NCBI GenBank assembly: GCA_051294375.1
Contig: CM119270.1
Location: forward strand, 19,443,410-19,478,194
Direction: 5' to 3'
Length of the DNA stretch: 34,785 nucleotides
Source of the DNA: Paraspadella gotoi
Lineage: Eukaryota > Animalia > Chaetognatha
The notes under the pieces were generated by a model. It was not told the origin of the DNA. It was given only the letters and a program-made list of their open reading frames with translations, and ran no database searches. Made by a program: the position numbers and the translations under genes. This document shows positions 1-12,961 of this stretch, one piece after another; the stretch's first letter is position 1; each line of letters begins with the position of its first letter.

Positions 1-1424
1 ACGGAGGTCAATCGTGGTCAGGAAAAGAAAGTTGCCAGCGACCGGAAAGGTTTCGTGAGATTTTCTGAGCGATCTTGTTGTCATCATCTTATGAAAGTCC
101 TGGACAACGAAAAGGGCGAAACATTTATCCGCCTTCAGATTCATCGGTCGTAGTTTTTGAGCTTTTATTTCCAAATTTGTTTTTTTTTTAAGTCGACAAC
201 TTTGAAAACTTGGAGTAGCAAAGAACAGTCGTTTTCTACTCTCTTTTTAAATTTCACGCGTTGCATGAATCTAATGAATGACCATATGAATGTAAATATT
301 ATTATAGAAATGAATATGAATAGTAGGAATGAATATTTCTTCCTCCCCAATAATGAAGCGACGTTTTTGCTCATCGTTCCAGAAGTTTTTTCCTTTTATT
401 ATAGACTCGATTTATTTTCTTCTCCTTCTCATTTTTCTTTTTCTTTTTCTCTATTATTCTCTCTTTCTTTTCCTTATATTTCTTTCCTCCTTACTCCATC
501 TTTTGCTCGGCCCCCTGTCANNNNNNNNNNNNNNNNNNNNNNNNNNNNNNNNNNNNNNNNNNNNNNNNNNNNNNNNNNNNNNNNNNNNNNNNNNNNNNNN
601 NNNNNNNNNNNNNNNNNNNNNNNNNNNNNNNNNNNNNNNNNNNNNNNNNAAAAAATAAAGCATCAGTTATCACGAGATCGTCAACGAACATTGATTGGAT
701 AATCCTCTCAAGTCTCTCTGTCTCTGTCTCCCTACTTGTCTCTGTCTCTGTCCCTCGACGAATCGCTTCTGTATTAGTATTACTATTACTACGCGGTTCC
801 GTTTGTATTTCGTAATCGGCTAATTTTTCCTGATTGGCTAATTTTACCCTTAATTTCTTTCTTTCCNNNNNNNNNNNNNNNNNNNNNNNNNNNNNNNNNN
901 NNNNNNNNNNNNNNNNNNNNNNNNNNNNNNNNNNNNNNNNNNNNNNNNNNNNNNNNNNNNNNNNNNNNNNNNNNNNNNNNNNNNNNNNNNNNNNNNNNNN
1001 NNNNNNNNNNNNNNNNNNNNNNNNNNNNNNNNNNNNNNNNNNNNNNNNNNNNNNNNNNNNNNNNNNNNNNNNNNNNNNNNGAGAGAAAAGAAGTAAATAA
1101 ATAAAAACATTAAAAAAAAGGAATAAAATAAATAAAAAAAGAAATAAAAATAAATGTCGGAGAGTGTTTGAGTTTGGGAATAAAATTGGAAGTCGAATTC
1201 ACGGAAGAAGGAATTTTGCGCGAGACGCGAATCTTTGGAAAGATGGAGAGAAAGAAAAAGAAAGAAAGAAGAAAGAAAAAGAAAGAAAAAAAAACACAAA
1301 AAACTCATTTTGTTTTGTTTTTCTGTTCAGCTCCACCTACCCACCCTCACCGCTCTTCGCCTCCTCCTCCACTTTCACGAAAATGACAATCAGTCACGCT
1401 CTCTGGGTTTTTCAAGCTTCAGCA

Positions 1425-1556
1425 ATTGCTGCACCAAATGCTCCACAAAATGCTCCAACGACTGCTGCTCAAAATGCTCCACTAATCGCTCCACTAAATT
1501 ATCCCCCAATTGGCGCATTAATTGCTCCACTAATGGCTCAACCAATTGCTGATCCA
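1425..1556. repeat. Degenerate 12-bp tandem repeat (consensus about aatgctccacta, 11 units)
   Basis: Eleven consecutive 12-mers in strict register, e.g. attgctgcacca, aatgctccacaa, aatgctccacta, attgctccacta. Confidence 0.85.
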
Positions 1557-1771
1557 GTGCTTTTTGGTTTTTTGCTTCGTTTCTACGAATGTTTTTTGGT
1601 TTTTGTTTTTTTTTGGTTATGTTTTTGTTTTCGTTTCTTTTACTTTCGAAATTCCCCAGATTGAAAAGAAAGCAAGAATTTATAATAGCGTAATTTTCTT
1701 TCATCTTTCTTCATAGTTCATGAAGCAGTGAATTGCGCCATTTAAAGTTTTATTAGCATTAAACGAACACT

Positions 1772-1808
<37 letters not shown>

Positions 1809-2454
1809 AGCGACCGAGAGAGAGAGAGAGAGAGATGAGAGAGAGGAGATTCGACCCTGGTCACGTGACGCAGTGGGCGTGGAGAACAGATGAACGACAC
1901 ATCAAAATGACGTCCGACGTCGGTTCTCAAGTGCTCCCCGCCTCCCCCCTCCCCTGGCGTTCTCCTCTTTAACTTTCCTTGTTCAAGATTTACTTGCATC
2001 GCTATCTATGCTCTTATCTCTATCAAAGCTCTCGTCTCTCTCTCTCTCTCTCTTCTCTCTCATCTCTCTCATTCTCTCTCTCTCTCTGTTGACCTTTCCT
2101 TTCCCGCTCTTACCTTCTTTCTCTCACTCTCCAATTTTCTTCTCCTCTCTGCTCCTCCTCCTCCTGCCTCCTTACCTTTATTCTTCGATGTCTCAATTTC
2201 ATCGCCTTACCCTTTTTTTCTCACTCCCTCGCGCCTCAAACATTCGCCCAGCGATTCATTTATCTCCCTTTCTTCATGCGAATCAACTATCCGCGCCTCG
2301 AACTTAACTTACTACATCGCTTGACTGAACTCACCTCACCTCACCGAGCAGAGTTGACAGATTCGCTGCAAGCTTGGCCCGGACATTTGTATCGATACTT
2401 TCCCTCATCTTTCTTCACCAAGTCCTAGTCTCTTCTGTTTATTACTTTATTTGC

Positions 2455-2840
2455 TGTTTCATTTTTATTTCCGGTTCAATTTCCATTTCAGATTCCATTT
2501 CTAGTTCCATTTTCTTTTTTTTTTTCTTTTTTATTTCCAGTTAAATTTATATTTTCACTTTCGTTTCTATTCATTTGTATATTCGGATCCATTTCCATTT
2601 TAGTTTCCTTTTCCTGTTTCATTTCCACTTCCGGTTCCATTTCCATTTTCAGTTATACTTCTTTTTCAATTTAATTTCCACTTTTTTCTACTCATTTTTA
2701 TTTCCGGTTCCATTTCCAGTTCAATTTCCATTCATTTGTATTTCCATTTCCATTTCCACCGAATATCCGTTTCCTAAAACATTTCCAATTACATTTCCAG
2801 TTCAACTTCCATTTTCATTTCATTTTCCAGTTTCATTTAA
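2455..2840. repeat. Degenerate (TTTCCA)n-type hexamer low-complexity array
   Basis: Recurrent tttcca, ttccag and ttccgg units. Confidence 0.75.
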
Positions 2841-3524
2841 TTTTAGGCTCAAATTAATTTTTTTTTAAATTTTAATTACGATCAAATTTATTACCATCAT
2901 ATTTTATTGGGTGCCAGATCGCGCCGCAAATTGGCAAAATTAACCAACGAACCACACCAAACATATTGCAGCCGCCGAACATTTCATCAATCTTCATAAT
3001 TTTCATCATTTCTTTAATCAGCAACTCCCCATCACTCTAATTATCAGCTTTTGTTTTCCCCCCCCTTTTACATTCAACAAACCCTCGGTCTTCCTTTCCC
3101 TTTCCTCCATTTTTTCTCGATCGTCCTCGAATATCCGGACGTTTCTTTCTTTCGCTCTACGACCACGAAGCGCCCCAGTTTTTGCCCTCCTCACTCTCTC
3201 TCCTCCTACTTCCTCACTACTCCTACCTTCGCCATAAATCAATAGAAAGTCGACGAAAACTGCAATTTCATGGGCTCCGCGGCCCCCAAACCATCTCCTT
3301 TTATGGGACGAACGACCGAGGAAGAAGACGACGAACGACCAACGAGACGTGAAACAACGACGTGAACGACGAACCAGAACGACAAATGAGGACGAACGAA
3401 AGACGACGACGACAACGAGAGGTGACGACAGACAGACCGGCGAGGATTCCCGATCGGGAGAAAAGGAGATCGAGAAATTAATGAATTCAATGTATACAGT
3501 AGTGAGTATGGAGAGAAGGAGAAG

Positions 3525-3586
<62 letters not shown>

Positions 3587-4185
3587 GAGTGTGGGAAAAA
3601 AGGAATTGCTGTGAAAGAGATCCAATTGACAAATATTACCTTCACAGCCACAATCTTTGATAGAACAAAGCCACTACCATTATCGAAACCTCAAGGAACG
3701 CGGCGGAGCAACGCCAGACGCCGCAGGGGACCGCAAAACGGCGGCCAGCAAGGGACTTTCGCGAGACAGCAGCGATTCCTATTCGCGATCGCTGGACGCG
3801 TTCGATGAGCCATGAGACTCCGGATTTCTATGTCGTCACGCGATTTCCATCTTTCTTTTTCTATCTTCTACAGCTCTATTCCTCGTTTAATTTCGGTCTT
3901 TTTTAAAAGCTATATTTCCTGTTTCTTTGTGTCGGATTTGCGTGTTCTGTAGCACACTCTTTGATTCTCGTTGTGACGGCGACTGAGCGCGCGACGATAG
4001 CAGAGCCTCTTGTTAGTGTAATTTTTTGCCTTATGTCTCTTCTACTCATCTCCAGGTTTTCATATGTTCTTTTCTTTCTCTGCGTCTTGCCTTGGTGCTG
4101 GTCTCCCCTGACAAAAAATCATTCCCTAAGCTCATTCTCTCTCTCTCTCTCATCTCTTCGTCTCTCTCTCAGCCCTCTCTCTCTC

Positions 4186-4221
<36 letters not shown>

Positions 4222-5711
4222 CACCTTTTCTTTCCATTCAGAGACTTTTGTTCATTTTCAGCTCTGAAAAATTGGTTCTTTTTGGTTCTACGCTCGTACG
4301 AGTCGTTTGGTAAACTTACACACTACTGGTTTTAAGTAATAAAATGTTCCTCAATAGTAATTAATAATATTATTTTTTTCCTTCTTTTAACTTTTTTTTT
4401 TCCATTAATGCTACTAGTGGAAATTGCCAACGCAAACCCTAACAGGTAAGACGATTATCATTTTTCAATTAAGCCTGTCAAGATTTAAGAGTTGTAATCA
4501 TGAGAGTCATGATTTAAGGAAAAACATCAGGAAGTCCAGATCAATTCTAACTGAAACTGAAAACAAGCTTGGTCTCTAACGAAGGGAGAGGAGCGGAGGC
4601 AAGACTTATTTTTTGACAATTTGAAACATCGTTTCTCTGCAAGTTGATTGGCTCGAAGCCGATGCCATATGACCAAATCAGTGTTTTCGCGATTTCCATT
4701 CGGCCGAGCGTTCCCTCCGATCAGGTTTCGTTTTAGGTGAGGTCTGATTTCTCCTGCGATGGAGTTTTTTGACTCTCGAAATCTTTGAGTAAGTCAGCCT
4801 CATGCATTTCTTAGAATTGTGAGCGATTGTCGGACTTTACTCGCCCACTTTTTATCACGAACTTAGACTTTTCAAATAAAATGTTGCTTCCCAATTTAAA
4901 GTTATGAAAAATATAGCATGAAATATAGATTCTTATTTTCTAACAGCCAATAATAAACCCAAACTATAACCAACATATTTTCACCTGGTGACTTTTCACT
5001 TTCCTTCAGCATCAATCCTGCTCACTCCATCACCTCGCTGCCTCTTTTCCCACCCCATCAAACCTCATTTACTCTCCATCGCATTTCCCCATCGTTAAGG
5101 GCGCCCGCCGCCTCTTCGCCCCTCCTCCTCCTCCAATACGACCGCCCCACCCGCCACCCGCGGACCTTTCACTCATCCTTTGCGTCGCCCGCTTTAGTGT
5201 CTCCCGGGAGACAAAGCCTTTTCTCCCGAGAGGTCAGCCAGTCCTTTCCGCTAAGGATCACTTTCCAACCCACACCGCCCTCTTCACACTCGCCTTCTCA
5301 TACTCGCAACCCTTGCCCACTACACTTCTCAAGACTCTGCCACTGGTCGATATTTTATATAGCTCGCCACGTGCACATGCTAGAGTGCTAGTAGATCTCT
5401 CACAACTTAAACTCAATTTGCAAGTCGAATATTTAACAATTCACCTGCCCCAAATTTACTTTTTTCCACGCGCTCTCCACTACGTTTCGCTGACCGATCT
5501 GGCCGACTTCACGCCCACCAGNNNNNNNNNNNNNNNNNNNNNNNNNNNNNNNNNNNNNNNNNNNNNNNNNNNNNNNNNNNNNNNNNNNNNNNNNNNNNNN
5601 NNNNNNNNNNNNNNNNNNNNNGTGATTTACAATCGCGTTAAAAAATAAAGTTGGTGAGGTGAAGAGCGTCGAGAACGACAACCAGGATTCAGTCTGGGGA
5701 ACTCAAGGAGC

Positions 5712-5748
<37 letters not shown>

Positions 5749-7749
5749 AGAAGGGCCATTAATTATTTTTTCCATCGACGCCAACCTCGTCCGGTTTCAC
5801 CCGCCTCCTCTTCACGGTTCCACCTCAAACCTCCTTTTTCCCTTCTCTTCTTTCTTTCGCCAAAGTGAAAATCTCTCACATTCGCCAGGGATGGAGTGAC
5901 ATCTGTGTTGGGCTGGAGCTTCGCTTCTTTAGTCTCTCCAGCACAGGAGTGATTAGGTCAGATCAAACCTTCACCGCATTTTTTTTTCAGATTTAAATTC
6001 TTCTCCCGTTGTCACAACTTTTTAATTCACTTTGAGTTTCATCCATCACGAATCACGCCGAATCCTTAGGGTCGCTATTTTTCACACGGACGACTCGCGA
6101 CACTTTTCTTTCCGCTAACTTCTACCTCCTTCTCTTACCTCCTCACCAAACCACCAGATGCTTCGGTGACAGCTCGCCCAAAACACGCCCACCACCGTCC
6201 TACGTCCATCGACAACAAACTTCGCCCTCCCAACCCTCCCCCAAGCAACCCCACATTCACGCCACAAGCTTACCGCCACATCTCCGCCCCACTTACCGAT
6301 CCCCCACGCCTCTCATCGACACCGTCACAGTCGCGTGCAAACACAGTATCTCCACGCCACCGCATTATCGCCCTCTGGCCCACCATCAACGTCTCATCGC
6401 ATCCAACGACCACAGTCTGCGCCCACCACAAACCGCCACAAACCCACCATCCACCATCCACCACCCACCACAAACCGCCCACAACTCCACACCCACCCAT
6501 CCACCGCCCACCACAAACCGCCACAACCCAGCGCCCTCCACGCGCCGTCGTCTCCTCGGTGTTTTCTCGGTCTGTTTGCGTTTCCATTTTGTTTTGCTTT
6601 TGTCGAGTCTTTGAGTCAAGGCTCCAGAATCCCCCTCATATCAGAATGTCGCTCTCTGTCGTCTCTCTCTCTCTCTTCGTCTCTCTCTCTCTCTCTCTCT
6701 CTCCTCTCTCTCTTCTACATCCTGCGCAACGACATGCTTCCCCTTCACAAAACAGACGCATATGTCCTGACTCTCACAGGCCTCGAGCTCACACCCTTGA
6801 TCCGGTTTGAGAGTCAAAGTACCACTCGAATTCCGTCGATTGGAAATATATTTTTTTTGCTGTTCGGTTAAACAAATGTGAACGCGGGACTGATGTATCA
6901 GTTGCGTTTTGACATTTCAGCGACCGAGAACACGACAAGTCTTATAAGGAATTAGTAGAATTAGATAATTAATGATTAAGAATAAATGGAATTAATAAAT
7001 TATGGGAAAATTAATGAATTAATAGATTTAATGAATTATAGAAATTATTTGGAATTATATGGAAACAATAACCGCAATTTGAAAAAATCCTGTTTTTTTC
7101 TTTCTCAAACCAGTTAGTATTTGACATTAGTTTTAAAATTTATTATATTAATGTTATTATTTTGGATCCTCATTAAGATGTTTATTTTGCAAAATCTGTT
7201 TTTCCCAACTTTGTAGTTTTTTTTTTTCTCTTGTCAGGAGAAGAGGTTTTCAGTTTAATAAGAAAATAGATTGGTATCGAGTGAATTTAGACATTATTAC
7301 CAAAACAAATTCTGAGCCAGCGCGACTTCGACAGATGAGACCCTGGGAGGAGAGAGAAATGAGAGAGAGAGAGGAGAGAGAGGAGAGAGTGGAGAGCATC
7401 GTGAGATATATGTGAAAGAGAGATAGCGAGAAAGAGAGAAAGAGAGAAATAAATGAGATGAGAGAGAGAGAGAGAGCGAGGAGATGACGTGGAGTCTCTT
7501 GTTCTAGAATGCAAATACCCTCTTATAGTCGAAATTCCGCAGTATTTCGTTTCTTCTCTTCTTTACCTCCCTGGTTGTACTTCCTCCCTAGCGTCAAAAA
7601 GAAAGTCCGCAGAAGAGATTAAGAGAAAGACAGATAGACACACTAAACACAAGACAGACTGCAAGAACCAACAGAGCAAAGCTTCTCCCCCTACGGCAAA
7701 GAGCGTTCAAAAGGAAGCTTCCCTTTTCTGGAGAACCGGTTCAAAGACG

Positions 7750-7860
<111 letters not shown>

Positions 7861-8371
7861 CTTCATCTTTTTCTCTGAGTTCGGACTCCCCCCAGACCGA
7901 TTCTTGGTTTCCCTTTCCCTTTCTTCTCCTCTGCCTCCAATTGTTTATTTTCCTTTTCCTTTCATCCATGCGCTCCAATTTTTTTTTCCTTCCTTCGTCC
8001 CCGTGCTTTCGACCCTTTGTCGCGGTTCCGACGCGCCGGCTCTTTTTTTAATTTAGCGCTAGAAGGTTATTTCGGTTCCAGTTCTCTGGGCTGTTTTTTG
8101 CGTTTGGCACACTTTACTTATTTTTTATTCACCCAAGAATTCTTGCCCTTCTGGATTTTCAGGCCTTGTTTTACCTTATAGTGTTGGATTACTCATCAGT
8201 GCATATTGATTACTAACCTTAGTGTTACTTGCCAGGATGCACGGATGACATTAATCAATCAATATGTATTTAATAATACGTAGTTAGTCTAGTATTTTAT
8301 AATTCTCAATTTTAAAATTCTTCCCTTTTTATTCTTTTCTTCAGGAAATGTGAATGTGCGCATCACAAGGC

Positions 8372-8412
<41 letters not shown>

Positions 8413-9043
8413 GTACATAGTATTCATTCGGTTTTAAATACTGTATAAAAAAAGAAAATCGCGATGCTGTTTCCGCTTTGCTGGTTTATCTTTAATCAAA
8501 ACCAGACAGATTCTTTTTACTTTTCATGAATAATCCAACGCTTAAATCTTTTTATTCGTGAAAAGTCGGAGGGAGCGAGAGAGAGAGAGAGAGTGAGAGA
8601 GAGAGGACGCAAAACGAATTAATGGTAATGTAGAAAGGAACGCGTATTGTTAGAAGAGGAGAGGAAAGAAAAAAAAATGAGTGAAAGTGAAATAAAGAAA
8701 ATAAAGAAAAAAAGTTAAATAAAGAGAAAAAGAAACAAAGACAATTATAGAGGAAAGAATAACAAAGAGAAAAGTGGAGAAAGGTTAAAAGAGGAGAAAA
8801 GAAAAGAAGAGAAAGAGAAAAAGGGAAGGGAAGGTTAAATAGAAAGAAAAGAAGAGAAAGAGAAGGGATTAAATGGGCGGACAAAAGGGGAAGAGATTAA
8901 GAAAAGCTTAAAGCAAATGAAGAAAGGAAGATGAAGGAAAGAAATAAGGTGACTGTCTTTCCTGTCTTTACGGACTCTGATCTAAATCGGATAAAATTTG
9001 AATTTTAAACTGTAAATTTGTGAGAGAATCTGTGCGGGAAAAA

Positions 9044-9083
<40 letters not shown>

Positions 9084-9510
9084 GAGAAATATATCGCCAA
9101 TTCGGAATCTCTCGTTTCCTGGTGATTGAATCTTGAATCTGGTCACTTATCTTTATTTCCTTTCTTTTCTTTCTGTCTCTCTTTAGTTATTTATTTTTTA
9201 ATTTATTTATTCGTTTATTCATTTATTTTATTTCTCCGTTCATTACTATGTATTTTAATTTTATAGTATCTTATATTATATGTTTAATTCTCTGTTGGTT
9301 TTTGTTTTACTTCTGTCAATCATTGCTTATGCTTTACAAACATTTTGCTTTACTTAGCTTTTCAACGCATCAAATGGGTTAATTTTTCATCGAATCTTAG
9401 GACGAATTAGTTTCATTTACGTTAATTAATTTATGAAACCAATCAAACATCCGTCTTCACAAAGGCTCTGTCTTCCCTCGCCACGCGTCCTAAACCCGGC
9501 TTTTTCTTAG

Positions 9511-9558
9511 CGCCCCTTCCTCCACCAAGCACCCCTTCTCCTCCACCAAGCACCCCTT
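9511..9558 (-). repeat. Short inverted copy (about 2 units) of the 21-bp minisatellite at 9720-10272
   Basis: ccccttctcctccaccaagca is the reverse complement of tgcttggtggaggagaagggg. Confidence 0.85.
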
Positions 9559-9719
9559 TCTATCAATTCCTCTTCCGCGAAAAAGCATTTTTGCTAATGG
9601 AACCATTGAATATTTTATTCGTTTCATTTCTATGAACCGAATGTTTAGTCCGCGAGTGGAGGAAAAAAAAAATGAGGAAGAAGAAGACGAGGTGAAAAAT
9701 CGTCCCACTGCCCACTTCG

Positions 9720-10272
9720 GGAGGGGGTGTGTTGAAGGGAGAAGGGGTGCTTGTGGAGGAGAAGGGTTTGCTGTGGTGAGGAGAAGCGCGCTTGTCTGGC
9801 AGGAGAAAGGGCTGCTTGGGAGAGAAGGAGTGCTTGGTGGAGTAGAAGGGGCTTGTGGAAGGAGAAGGAGTGCTTGGTGATGGAAGGGGCGCTTGTGAGG
9901 AGAAAGGGTGCTTGGTGAGAGGAGAAGGGGCGCTTGGTGAGGAAAGGGTGCTTGGTGAGTTTAGAAGTGGTGCTTGGTGGAGGAGAAGGCGCTTGGTGAG
10001 GAAGGGTGCTTGTTGGAGGAGAAAGGGCGCCCTTGTGGGAAAGGGTGCTTGTGGAAGAAGAAGCTGCGCTTGTTGGAGGAGAAGGTGCTTGGTGGGAGGA
10101 GATAGGGGTGCTTCGGTGGAGGAGAAGGGGTGCTTGGTGGAGGAGACAAGGGCGTGCTTGGTGGAGAGAAGGGCGCTTGTTGGAGAAAGGTGTTGTGGAG
10201 GAGAAGGTGGCGCTTGTGGAGGAGAAGGGAGTGTCTTGGTGGAGAGAGAAGGTGCTTGGTGGAGGAGAATGA
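9720..10272 (+). repeat. G-rich minisatellite with a unit of about 21 bp (ggagaaggggtgcttggtgga), running into a 25-N gap
   Basis: More than 20 degenerate copies with many single-base indels. Confidence 0.9.
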
Positions 10273-11837
10273 NNNNNNNNNNNNNNNNNNNNNNNNNGAG
10301 AGAGAGAGAGAGCGGAATGGTTTGAAGATAAATCTCACCTTCGGAGAAGCAATCTTGACTCGAGGAAAAAGTTGTGGAGCAATGGGTGAAAGGAGAGAGG
10401 GAGAGAAGAAAGAAAGAAAGAAAGAAAGAAATAAAGAACGAAAGAAAGAAAGAAAGAAAGAATAAAAAATAATGAGAGAGAAAGAAAGAGAAAATAAAAG
10501 AAAGTCGAAAGTCGGTGACCGACGTCGTCAAAGTAGGTGGGCGTGTCCTCACAAGCGGAAGTGACGTTGCCAACCGACGCCTCTTTACCCACTCGTTCAC
10601 ACCTTCACCACGCATTAATCACCCCCTTTCCATCTTCACCCGTGAGAGGGACGACATTTGCTCCGCCTCCTTTCACCCCTCGGTTTCTGTCTTCTCATTG
10701 GCGGCAGAAGACGCCTACAGCACGCCCCCTTCCCTCCCTCTTTCGCTGCTGCCGTCCCCTAGCCCTTACCTTTTTTNNNNNNNNNNNNNNNNNNNNNNNN
10801 NNNNNNNNNNNNNNNNNNNNNNNNNNNNNNNNNNNNNNNNNNNNNNNNNNNNNNNNNNNNNNNNNNNNNNNNNNNNNNNNNNNNNNNNNNNNNNNNNNNN
10901 NNNNNNNNNNNNNNNNNNNNNNNNNNNNNNNNNNNNNNNNNNNNNNNNNNNNNNNNNNNNNNNNNNNNNNNNNNNNNNNNNNNNNNNNNNNNNNNNNNNN
11001 NNNNNNNNNNNNNNNNNNNNNNNNNNNNNNNNNNNNNNNNNNNNNNNNNNNNNNNNNNNNNNNNNNNNNNNNNNNNNNNNNTAAAAAGGAGATGATTAAA
11101 GGGAAGGGCGGGGAAAAAGTATATATCAGCGAGAATGCGGCGACGGAAAAGTAATGAGGGTTTTTTTGTGTGTGTGCGCGCCACTGCGTGCGACTGCGTG
11201 CAACAACGTGTCAGGATGTTCAACGGCGGAACCGACGAAAGAAAATGTTGCGCAGTTAAAGTTAAATGTTTAGCGAAATAGGATTTTTTTTTCTTTCTCG
11301 CGCGAGAAAAAGTAATTAGGTTGTTGACTCCTCCGCCAACCAATTTGCTTTTTCTATGCTTTACCGTTTTTTTTTTTAAGTTAAATTTATGACTGGCTTT
11401 GGTTTTACCTTGTTCGCGTTTATAATAAATATGTTCAGGTTTGTTTTCTTCTCTGACTAAAGTGGTTAAGATAAAAATAGCGAACGAAATGAAATGAATC
11501 GATTTATTGAAATCAGAAAAACGAATGAAATGGAATAAGCTAAATGTACAAGGTGGCATGTACTTTTCTAGAGAGAGAGAGAGAGAGAGAGAGAGAGGCA
11601 AAAACTTTGCTTAAAATTTGAAAATTAAGCAATTCAAAAAGACTTTCAAATGAGTCAAATTTTAGCGTCCGGCCTAAAATTTCTAAAGAATTATAATGGA
11701 GAGACTAGGAATTAACCAATTACCCTAAATATTTTTTGATTAAAGTCTAAAATTCAAAAGAGAAGCCAAAAAGTATATTTTCTTTTATTCAATAAACGTG
11801 AAAGATATTAATTTACTGCATGGCATAATTAATTCTC

Positions 11838-11902
<65 letters not shown>

Positions 11903-12002
11903 ATTCGTCCTTCATCTGAAGATCCTCACCCTTTGCCCGGCGATCGTCAGCCTCGTTGGCGCCTACCAAATCCGCCTTCTTGCATAAGAGTCTCCCTCCA
12001 TA

Positions 12003-12125
12003 TGGCATTACATCTCTGTTACTATATCCACTTTAAATGGCATTACTTCTCAGTAGTTACTATATCCACTCTACTAAATTGCATTACTTCTCTGTAGTTA
12101 CCATATCCACTCTAAATGGTATAAC
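12003..12125. repeat. Tandem repeat of about 35-41 bp, 3 copies (tggcattac..tctc..gttactatatccact..aaa)
   Basis: Three visible diverged copies. Confidence 0.8.
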
Positions 12126-12196
12126 TTAAGAATCACAACAATCATCAGTTAGTCCCAATAAGGGACCCAAGTCCGCTTGGCTTCTATTTTTCACTG

Positions 12197-12342
12197 TCTG
12201 GCCTCAAATGGCCTCAATTACAAACGTCGAATGGCCTCAGATCCGAACCTCAACCTCGGATCTGGCATCAAAATGGCCTCAATTACAAACGTCGAATGGC
12301 CTCAGATCAGAACCTCAACCTCGGATCTGGCATCAAAATGGC
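12197..12342. repeat. 65-bp tandem duplication with an internal 9-bp inverted repeat
   Basis: atggcctcaattacaaacgtcgaatggcctcagatc.gaacctcaacctcggatctggcatcaaa starts at 12208 and 12273, with a partial third copy at 12338. Confidence 0.9.
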
Positions 12343-12961
12343 ATCCACTCCTCGTCTGACATCGNNNNNNNNNNNNNNNNNNNNNNNNNNNNNNNNNNNN
12401 NNNNNNNNNNNNNNNNNNNNNNNNNNNNNNNNNNNNNNNNNNNNNNNNNNNNNNNNNNNNNNNNNNNNNNNNNNNNNNNNNNNNNNNNNNNNNNNNNNNN
12501 NNNNNNNNNNNNNNNNNNNNNNNNNNNNNNNNNNNNNNNNNNNNNNNNNNNNNNNNNNNNNNNNNNNNNNNNNNNNNNNNNNNNNNNNNNNNNNNNNNNN
12601 NNNNNNNNNNNNNNNNNNNNNNNNNNNNNNNNNNNNNNNNNNNNNNNNNNNNNNNGTCGGTAAAAAATGTAAAACTTAATGAGAAAAGTCTTGAAAATTC
12701 CTATTGGGAGGAGGGTTATGGCAGTAAGAGAGAACATGGTCATGTGTAAAGTTTTCGAAAGATAAGAGTCTCAGTGTCTATTTCGCAAAGTATGTATGAA
12801 ACGAAGATTACAACTCATTTGATTTCTGAGCCACAGGTCAGTTTTTTTCTCTCCAGCAAAAGTGACTCTTCCAGTCAGAAAAAAATTTTTCCCTTCGCCT
12901 AGAGTTCGTTGATCGGGAATCTGGATCAAATCCCTACAGACGAGGATGGCGCCGCGGTTAT

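Noticed and set aside
3611-3830. GC-rich stretch as a possible exon, with an NF-kB-like GGGACTTTC
   Set aside because: There is no matching acceptor-donor pair, no recognisable protein motif in the + frames I translated, and the single motif is imperfect.
4408-4451. Strong donor CAG|GTAAGA with an upstream ATG as Eph exon 1
   Set aside because: The ATG frame ends in phase 2 and is not signal-peptide-like, and the phase-1 frame has a stop just upstream.
6166-6871. Pro/His/Thr-rich 214-aa and 178-aa ORFs
   Set aside because: This is C/A-skewed low-complexity DNA, open in several frames at once, with no splice structure or domain motif.
9563-10615. 350-aa minus-strand ORF
   Set aside because: It consists of a minisatellite, a CTTT tract and an N-gap, and the repeat phase shifts repeatedly, so it is not coding.
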